Below, in pieces: positions 55,230 through 64,000 of a DNA stretch of 64,000 bases. Origin of the DNA: an uncultured bacterium (GTDB lineage Bacteria > Patescibacteriota > Minisyncoccia > Moranbacterales > UBA2206); NCBI GenBank assembly GCA_903937035.1, contig CAIZXS010000004.1, positions 4,693 through 68,692 of the forward strand, written 5' to 3'. The translations under genes and the position numbers were made by a program. Each line of letters begins with the position of its first letter. Position 1 is the stretch's first letter. A model generated the notes under the pieces. It worked only from the letters and a program-made list of their open reading frames with translations. It made no database searches and had not been told where the DNA came from.

Positions 55230-56450
55230 ATGATACAAATTAAATCAAATCAAAAATTACTTGCTTTCATCGGGTTATTTTTGGTTTTTGCTTTGGTGCT
55301 AACTGGATTATTTGAGCTTAAAAAAGGGATTTTATTTGGAGGCGGGAATAGTCGCGAGAAGGGGAACGGCATTGTTTTTACAAAGGATGTTTCTTTCGTG
55401 CGTTTTATTGACAATGAGCCGCACCTGATTAGTGATGGAAAAGATGTTGGAGGATTGGCTAATCGATATTTTGAGTTTTCCAATGGAAGACTGGTTTTTG
55501 AAAGAGATGTTGACGGCGAGAATCACGTTTTTTTTAACGGAAAAGACGTTGGCGTGGGTTTTAGACCGATGATCTCAGCTGATAATCTGGCTTTTTATCG
55601 TAAAATTGGTGATGACACTCACCTGATTTATAATGACATTGACTTGGGAGTTGTTTTTGCTGCAGAAGGCCATTACTCAGCTAGGATTGCTGGTAGCAAT
55701 ATTGCTTATGAGAAGCTAATTGATGGAGTGGTTCATGTTATCTATAACGACAAAGACTTGGGTGATGGACATAGCTTTGTTTTATCGGAAGATGGAAATG
55801 ATATTGCGTTTGAACGCGATAGCGATAAAGGTAGCGTGGTTATTTATAAGGGAAATATTTTTGCTCCCGGTGGCCTGATTTATGCCGTGAGTAATGATTC
55901 GGTTTGGTATGCATCAGCTGCAGCTTCTTCTATTTTTTCTTCGACCCATGCTAATGGTATTATTGGTCTGTCGGGTATTTCAAAAAATAGTGAAAGGATA
56001 GGCGAAGGCATCGGTTTTAGTTGTCTTGAAAAAAAATGTGCCTATCAAGCAATTGTGGAGGGTAAGCTGCATTTCATCTATGACGGAAAAGATTTTGGTG
56101 AAATCTGGAACACGGGCAATGCCTTTGGGATTGCAAAAAACAATTTCTTCTTCATGCGATTAAATGAGGCTGGGGAGATCATCGTTGTGCATAATGGAAA
56201 AGAATTGGGCGTTGGCTCTGATCCGGTGATTGGGGGCGAAGGCTTTGCTTATGTCAAAATGGTGAGTGGTAAAAAGCATGTGATTTATAATGAAAAAGAT
56301 TTAGGTGAAGGGGCTAAGCCGATTATTTCTGCTGATGGGAAGAGTATCGCTTTTGTGCGAGAGGTTGATGGGAAAAAACATGCCTTCGTGGGAACGGATG
56401 ATTTAGGTGAAATTGGCGGCGATGAGCTTATTTTGAAGTTTTCTAATTAG
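55230..56450 (+). CDS. secreted repeat protein (8-9 copies of a ~40-aa H[VLF]IYN.KD[LV]G module; beta-propeller-like)
   Basis: Signal/TM LLAFIGLFLVFALVLTGLF. Repeats HLISDGKDVG, HVFFNGKDVG, HLIYNDIDLG, HVIYNDKDLG, HFIYDGKDFG, IVVHNGKELG, HVIYNEKDLG. Confidence 0.75.
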   Translation: MIQIKSNQKLLAFIGLFLVFALVLTGLFELKKGILFGGGNSREKGNGIVFTKDVSFVRFIDNEPHLISDGKDVGGLANRYFEFSNGRLVFERDVDGENHVFFNGKDVGVGFRPMISADNLAFYRKIGDDTHLIYNDIDLGVVFAAEGHYSARIAGSNIAYEKLIDGVVHVIYNDKDLGDGHSFVLSEDGNDIAFERDSDKGSVVIYKGNIFAPGGLIYAVSNDSVWYASAAASSIFSSTHANGIIGLSGISKNSERIGEGIGFSCLEKKCAYQAIVEGKLHFIYDGKDFGEIWNTGNAFGIAKNNFFFMRLNEAGEIIVVHNGKELGVGSDPVIGGEGFAYVKMVSGKKHVIYNEKDLGEGAKPIISADGKSIAFVREVDGKKHAFVGTDDLGEIGGDELILKFSN

Positions 56451-56474
56451 AAATTGATTGATAGTCCACAGTAA

Positions 56475-58646
<2,172 letters not shown>

Positions 58647-58662
58647 GCTTAGAATTAATATT

Positions 58663-58944
58663 ATGTTAATCGCGGAAGAGGTAAAACATATTGCAGCTTT
58701 GGCTCGAGTGGGCCTGGAAGAAAAGGAGATTGAAAAATTCTCCCATGATTTGTCGTCTATTTTGGATTGGATCGCTCAACTTGACGAGGTGGATGTTGCT
58801 GGAGTTCTTCCGACAGCGCACATCACAGGGATGAATAATATCAGTCGTGAAGATCGGATGGAAGATTTTTTAAATAAAGAGAAAATTGTTGAATTGTTTC
58901 CGGAGGGTAAAAATGGGTATGATAAAGTTAAAAGTGTTTTGTAA
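58663..58944 (+). CDS. gatC: Asp/Glu-tRNA(Asn/Gln) amidotransferase subunit C
   Basis: MLIAEEVKHIAALARVGLEEKEIEKFSHDLSSILDWIAQLDEVDV is a typical GatC. Confidence 0.9.
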   Translation: MLIAEEVKHIAALARVGLEEKEIEKFSHDLSSILDWIAQLDEVDVAGVLPTAHITGMNNISREDRMEDFLNKEKIVELFPEGKNGYDKVKSVL

Positions 58945-58955
58945 TCTTCTCTTTG

Positions 58956-59144
58956 TGTCATCCCCGCACCCGTTTCACGAGCATAAACTCCGGCGGGGAT
59001 CCAGGCACCTTGAGTTGAAAATATAGAGAAGGCGAAATATTAAGGGATAGGCTAGTTAAAATATTAAGCCAGGATATTTATAAGCTCGATTTTCAAGAGT
59101 TTATAAATAGTGGAACCTGGATTCCCGCCTTCGCGGGAATGACA
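58956..59144. mobile_element. MITE-like element, family A, copy 2 (inverted hairpin termini, inserted between gatC and gatA)
   Basis: Left end tgtcatccccgc...gcggggatccag (with loop insertion). Right end ctggattcccgccttcgcgggaatgaca is its reverse complement. Same architecture as 1213-1418. Confidence 0.6.
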
Positions 59145-59193
59145 CTTGTTTTTCGTTTTTTTATGTAAAACTCGTAATTCGTAGAGAACCGAC

Positions 59194-60648
59194 ATGATTA
59201 GAGAACTCCACAATAAATTAATATCAGGTGAAATAACTTCAGTGAAATTGACGGAAGAATATTTTGCACGCATCGAAGAAAAAGATAAAGATATTTTTGC
59301 TTATCTGACTTTGACTAAAGACTTGGCGTTGGAGCAAGCCCGCAAAGTGGACGCAAAAATTGCCCGAGGTGAAAAAATTGAACTCTTGGAGGGAATTCCA
59401 GGGGCAATCAAGGATAATCTTTGTATTTCTGGTGTGAGAACAACGGCTGCTTCTAAAATTTTAGACAACTACATTGCCCCTTACGACGCGACAGTGATTG
59501 AAAGATTGAAAGAAGTTGGGGCAGTATTTTTGGGAAAAACCAATCTGGACGAATTTGCCATGGGATCATCGACAGAAAACAGTGCCTATGGTGTTACAAA
59601 AAATCCATTAGATTTGACTCGTGTATCTGGTGGTTCATCTGGCGGTTCAGCGGCAGCGATAGCTGCGGGCGAAGCTGTCTGGGCATTAGGGACAGATACG
59701 GGCGGTTCGATTCGTGAGCCAGCTTCTTTCTGTGGAGTGGTCGGTTTGAAGCCAACCTATGGTCGCGTTTCGCGCCATGGAGCAATTGCGATGGCATCAA
59801 GTCTTGACCAAATTGGACCAATAACAAAAAGCGTAGAAGACGCAGCAATTGTTCTTAGTGTGATTGCCGGACAGGATAAGCTGGACGCTACCTCAGCCCA
59901 TAGCTCAGGGAAGGATTATACAAAATATTTGACTGGAGAAGTCCAGGGACTTAGGGTTGGAATTGTGGCTGAATATATTGATGGACTGGATGAAAAAGAG
60001 AAGAAATCCATTCTTGAGGTTATCGAAACTTATAAGAAATTAGGGGCAGAAATTGTAGAGATTGATTTGCCACATTCAAAATATTCCTTAGCGACATACT
60101 ATATCATTCAGCCTTGCGAAGTCAGTTCAAATCTGGCAAGGTATGACGGAATTAGATATGGACTTAATGTTGATGACAAGAAGAACTCTGGTGTGAAGGA
60201 GGATGGTATGTCTAAAAAACTTCTGGAGACCTATCTCGATTCTCGTCAATATGGTTTTGGCAAGGAGGTGAAGAGAAGGATTATGCTTGGAACATACGCA
60301 CTTTCATCTGGTTATTATGATGCCTATTATCTCAAAGCGCAAAAAGTGCGAACGCTGATCAAAAGAGACTTTGAAAAAGCATTTGAAAAAGTTGATTTGA
60401 TTCTTGCTCCCACTGCGCCTACCCCAGCCTTTAGGATAGGAGAAAAAACCGAAGACCCCTTGAAAATGTATCTGGCTGATATGTTTTCCATTACAGCTAA
60501 TATTGTCGGTGTGCCAGCGATTTCTGTTCCGGGGCCGGAGGTTGAAGTTGATGGGAAGAAGCTTCCTTTCGGATTTCAGTTAATGGCAAAATGGTTTGAT
60601 GAAGAAAATATGTTGCGCGCGGCGCATGCTTATGAGATTAGTAAATAA
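59194..60648 (+). CDS. gatA: Asp/Glu-tRNA(Asn/Gln) amidotransferase subunit A
   Basis: Amidase signature GGSSGGSAAAIA and the Ser-cisSer-Lys region, 484 aa. Confidence 0.95.
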   Translation: MIRELHNKLISGEITSVKLTEEYFARIEEKDKDIFAYLTLTKDLALEQARKVDAKIARGEKIELLEGIPGAIKDNLCISGVRTTAASKILDNYIAPYDATVIERLKEVGAVFLGKTNLDEFAMGSSTENSAYGVTKNPLDLTRVSGGSSGGSAAAIAAGEAVWALGTDTGGSIREPASFCGVVGLKPTYGRVSRHGAIAMASSLDQIGPITKSVEDAAIVLSVIAGQDKLDATSAHSSGKDYTKYLTGEVQGLRVGIVAEYIDGLDEKEKKSILEVIETYKKLGAEIVEIDLPHSKYSLATYYIIQPCEVSSNLARYDGIRYGLNVDDKKNSGVKEDGMSKKLLETYLDSRQYGFGKEVKRRIMLGTYALSSGYYDAYYLKAQKVRTLIKRDFEKAFEKVDLILAPTAPTPAFRIGEKTEDPLKMYLADMFSITANIVGVPAISVPGPEVEVDGKKLPFGFQLMAKWFDEENMLRAAHAYEISK

Positions 60649-60694
60649 TTTTCGCTAAAATAAAAATTAAAAATTGGCGAAAGGTAGCTAAAAA

Positions 60695-61234
60695 ATGGAC
60701 GTTTTTTTAGAAAATTTTATCACCGGAATATTGTCTCTGGCAAAAGCGTTTTATGCTTCGCTCACTTTTTCTTTTTTGAAATTTTTCTTGGAAGTGTATG
60801 TGATCGTGATGTTTATTGATCTTGTACTGATGCTCAAGCAGCGTGGCTTGGGTGCTGATATCCGCGACACGCTTGTGGGAATGAATATCCCACCAGAGCT
60901 TGCGTATCGCAAGGGAAAATTGCGTGTGAAGTGGGCTAAGGTGAAAAGGAGGTTTGATAGTAAAAATGAATCGGATTATAAGGTGGCGATCATTGAAGCG
61001 GATAAGATTGTTGATGATCTTATCGCTGAGATGAATTATAAGGGTGAGAATATGACAGAGCGCTTGGATAATATTACTCCTGGTCAAATTGATAACATTG
61101 AAGAGCTGCGACGTGCGCATGAGACTCGGAACCTCATTATTCATGATGACAGCTTTGTGCTCACTCGAGAAGAGGCCCTAAAGACATTTGATTGTTATGA
61201 GGAATTTTTGAGATTTTTCTTGGTATTTGATTAG
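60695..61234 (+). CDS. hypothetical membrane protein
   Basis: 179 aa, two N-terminal hydrophobic segments, charged C-terminal domain. Confidence 0.5.
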   Translation: MDVFLENFITGILSLAKAFYASLTFSFLKFFLEVYVIVMFIDLVLMLKQRGLGADIRDTLVGMNIPPELAYRKGKLRVKWAKVKRRFDSKNESDYKVAIIEADKIVDDLIAEMNYKGENMTERLDNITPGQIDNIEELRRAHETRNLIIHDDSFVLTREEALKTFDCYEEFLRFFLVFD

Positions 61235-61239
61235 TTTTT

Positions 61240-61376
61240 GGACTTACGCATTTACCTTAAAAAGCTCCTAAAAGCACGGTTCCCTTGTTTTGATTGAGCC
61301 CCTCCTTGTTTACCGGAAATTCAGTGTGCTAGCAAAAATAATCGTGCAGAGCATTTTTCGGCAAACGCATAAGTCC
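61240..61376. mobile_element. MITE-like element, family B, copy 3 (137 bp)
   Basis: Left end ggacttacgcatttacc, right end cggcaaacgcataagtcc. Termini are reverse complements in 15 of 17 positions. Confidence 0.6.
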
Positions 61377-61454
61377 TAAGTTTTTGACAAGTTTTTGGGA
61401 ATAATTGACGTTTCAGATTTTTTGAGTTAGAATAGGGAATAGTTCAAAAAGATA

Positions 61455-61524
61455 GCGGGATGGAGCAATGGCAGCTCGTCTGGCTCATAACCAGAAGGTT
61501 CCAGGTTCGAATCCTGGTCCCGCA
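61455..61524 (+). tRNA. tRNA-Met (anticodon CAU; could also be tRNA-Ile2 if lysidinylated)
   Basis: Cloverleaf: acceptor GCGGGAU/GUCCCGC, anticodon stem UCUGG/CCAGA with loop CUCAUAA, T-arm CCAGG-UUCGAAU-CCUGG. G1-C72 paired, so elongator-type. No encoded CCA. Confidence 0.8.
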
Positions 61525-61658
61525 ACACTTCGACTCGCTGATGCTCGCTCAGTGCAGGCACAGCAAGCGTAGTAGTTTAAAAAAGAATCAAAATAATAAT
61601 ATCGTCGAAGTGTTGCCCTGAGCTTGTCGAAGGACAATTTTTCAAGTTTTTGCTCTAG

Positions 61659-62070
<412 letters not shown>

Positions 62071-62151
62071 CAAAAAACATACAGCATGTAGCATAAAACA
62101 TGTAACAAGCGAGTAGTTGTTATATGTTTCATGTTATATGTAACATGAATT

Positions 62152-62225
62152 GGGGGCGTAGCTCAGTTGGTTAGAGCGACTGCCTGTCACGCAGTAGGTC
62201 ACCGGTTCGAGTCCGGCCGTCCCCG
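62152..62225 (+). tRNA. tRNA-Asp (anticodon GUC)
   Basis: Acceptor GGGGGCG/CGUCCCC (one G.U), D-arm GCUC-AGUUGGUUA-GAGC, anticodon stem ACUGC/GCAGU with loop CUGUCAC, T-loop UUCGAGU, discriminator G. Confidence 0.85.
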
Positions 62226-62268
62226 CATCATAAGTCATCCCGCCAAGGCGGGACCGTCCCCGCAAACT

Positions 62269-62296
62269 ATACGGCTTTTATAGGCCGTATTTTTTA
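62269..62296 (+). terminator. intrinsic terminator after tRNA cluster (ATACGGC-loop-GCCGTAT + T6)
   Basis: tatacggcttttataggccgtatttttt. Confidence 0.6.
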
Positions 62297-62347
62297 TGTG
62301 CAAAAATATAATCTAACTGTGATATAATAAAACAGAGGAATATTGGA

Positions 62348-62998
62348 TTGAAGGGTATTGGTACAATAAATATGAAACTATTAAAAAAAGTGAAAAGTCT
62401 AGAGGTCAAGAGGTGTTTTGTGATTTCCAATAGGTTTACGTCAAAAAAAATGCGTAAAGACGCGTTAAAAAAACATATCACGACGCCAGCCAAAGAAACA
62501 TTTTCAAAAAATATAGCGATAAATAAAGATGCTGTTTTAAAGTTAGAAGAAGCTGCCCTTGATTTAATTATCTCTACGGAGTATAGAAAAAGGCTGAAAG
62601 TTTATGATAGCGTTGACTGGCATATTGGCTTTGTTGATTTGTCTGAAGTGGGTCTTTGGAAGGGTGCTGGTGGCATCCCGAAAACATGGACGCATGGCTC
62701 ACTCAGCGACTCGGCCAAGAAAATGTCTTCTGAACTGAAAAAGATTGATTTCAGGCTATCGAGAATTAGAGCAAGGAAAGTTGTGTCGGAAATAATAAGT
62801 TTAAGGACAATCATAAAAAAAGAAAAATATTTGTTGCCGATAATTCTTCCGGGCGGAACTATTTCAACTTGTCGCAAGGGTATGCTTAAAATGAAAGGGG
62901 ATATTGATGATGGATGCATGCGATCGTTAGCGTTTGCCATAAACGGAGACAAAAAAATAAAAGCCTATATTGGGACTAAGCGTGAAGAGAATGCCTAG
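62348..62998 (+). CDS. hypothetical protein
   Basis: 216-aa ORF downstream of the tRNA cluster. No recognisable motif. Confidence 0.45.
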   Translation: MKGIGTINMKLLKKVKSLEVKRCFVISNRFTSKKMRKDALKKHITTPAKETFSKNIAINKDAVLKLEEAALDLIISTEYRKRLKVYDSVDWHIGFVDLSEVGLWKGAGGIPKTWTHGSLSDSAKKMSSELKKIDFRLSRIRARKVVSEIISLRTIIKKEKYLLPIILPGGTISTCRKGMLKMKGDIDDGCMRSLAFAINGDKKIKAYIGTKREENA

Positions 62999-63086
62999 CG
63001 GCTGTATAGTTTTGGTAATTGATAGAATTGCATAGCATTTATGGTATACTAAAGCAGATAATTCAAAGAACTGAAGCATAATATAT

Positions 63087-63755
63087 ATGGCAGAATCTAA
63101 TGCTGGGTTTTTCGAGAGATCAACCGAAGCGAAGAAAAAATCTGAAATAGAATGTGCTCCGAAAAGGGAGCTTGTTGATTTTCAAAAATTGTCCCAAAAG
63201 CAGGAGGAATGGCTGAGGGAGCGAATTGAAAAGAGTAAGGGAGGGATAATTGTTTTTATACATCCATATTATCCCGAAAAAGAATCAGTTCATACTGATA
63301 TAGGATTTGCGAGTGCGGATAGCTTGAGGGGTATGCGGGAAGCATTAAAGAGATTACTTGCTGGTCAAAAAGAAGGCTATCCTCCAATTTTTATTTTCCA
63401 TGATGCGCAAAAGATGGCAGAGCTGGAAAGTTTATTGAAGGAAAGTTTATCCACATCCGCATTCGTTGTGGGAACACATACTGATGATCCCACTCCAGAG
63501 CAGGGCAATTGGGAAGAGCTTCTTAGAAAATTAAAATCCGTTGGTACGAGAAAAGTTACTTTGGCGGGAATGAACCTCGTTATTAGTTGGCCGGATGGTG
63601 ATGGCGAGCCTGAGTTGGCGGGTTGCGTGATGGAGGCAGCGAAGGAATTTTCGAAGGAATTCCAGGTGAGTGTATCAAGACGGGTTTATCCAAATTCACG
63701 TGAGGATTATTACTCTTATGGCGGTCCGACTGGAATAAAAAGGTGGGCGGATTAA
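63087..63755 (+). CDS. hypothetical protein
   Basis: 222-aa ORF. No recognisable motif. Confidence 0.45.
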   Translation: MAESNAGFFERSTEAKKKSEIECAPKRELVDFQKLSQKQEEWLRERIEKSKGGIIVFIHPYYPEKESVHTDIGFASADSLRGMREALKRLLAGQKEGYPPIFIFHDAQKMAELESLLKESLSTSAFVVGTHTDDPTPEQGNWEELLRKLKSVGTRKVTLAGMNLVISWPDGDGEPELAGCVMEAAKEFSKEFQVSVSRRVYPNSREDYYSYGGPTGIKRWAD

Positions 63756-63815
63756 TTGTGTTTAGCCAGAATTGTTGGATATTTTTTTAAGTAGTCCTAT
63801 TTAAAGTTAACAATA

Positions 63816-64000
63816 TGCAAAAATATTCTCGCATTTTTGAAAATGATAATGCGTCCCCAATTTACTTTATTGTTCCAGGGTTTTTGGGTAATTATTCCGA
63901 AGATTTTATTGGGAGGCTCTATGCTTTTCTGATTGAAAATAATTTTAGCGTGCAAGGTGTGACTTTTCGCGGACATGAAAAAGATGAGACCGAGCTCGCC
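63816..64000 (+). CDS. alpha/beta-hydrolase-like protein (5' partial, runs off window)
   Basis: MQKYSRIFENDNASPIYFIVPGFLGNYSEDFIGRLYAFLIEN resembles the N-terminus of alpha/beta hydrolases. Truncated by the window end. Confidence 0.4.

Noticed and set aside
62071-62151. AT-rich quasi-palindromic spacer between tRNA 2 and tRNA-Asp (catgttatatgtaacatg-like repeats) as a regulatory element or origin
   Set aside because: Imperfect palindromes in an 80-bp AT-rich tRNA spacer, most simply tRNA processing spacer. No DnaA-box-like 9-mers or other defined motif.

Overview
This low-GC, gene-dense window looks like chromosomal DNA from a reduced-genome bacterium, probably Patescibacteria/CPR-like (inferred from gene content, extended -10 promoters and weak Shine-Dalgarno usage). 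Housekeeping genes are recognisable: glmS, recO, murA, mreB, holB, ligA, gatC/gatA, three tRNAs, a NUDIX hydrolase and an SPFH protein. The dominant feature is a ~23 kb type IV pilus (T4P) supercluster at 33.1–56.5 kb: pilM-N-O-B, a receiver gene, pilT, pilC, two tandem major-pilin paralogs, an embedded ~8 kb glycosylation island (GT-C-like membrane protein, GtrB-like GT2, GT2, GT4, AsnB-type amidotransferase, two methyltransferases), pilD, three minor pilins, a 956-aa Cys-rich GspK-like pilin-like protein and a secreted repeat protein. Upstream lie a 1358-aa signal-peptide-bearing Cys-rich modular surface protein, a VirD4/TraG-like coupling-protein ATPase with no other type IV secretion genes, and a GxxExxY protein. 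I also found three families of small non-coding, MITE/REP-like insertions with inverted-repeat ends. They all sit in intergenic regions: one between two diverged copies of a terminator-like module, one splitting gatC from gatA. Other points: tandem single-domain receiver proteins, one a pseudo-receiver; overlapping SD-preceded micro-ORFs for hydrophobic peptides; and a tRNA cluster carrying a GIY-YIG gene and att-like repeats.
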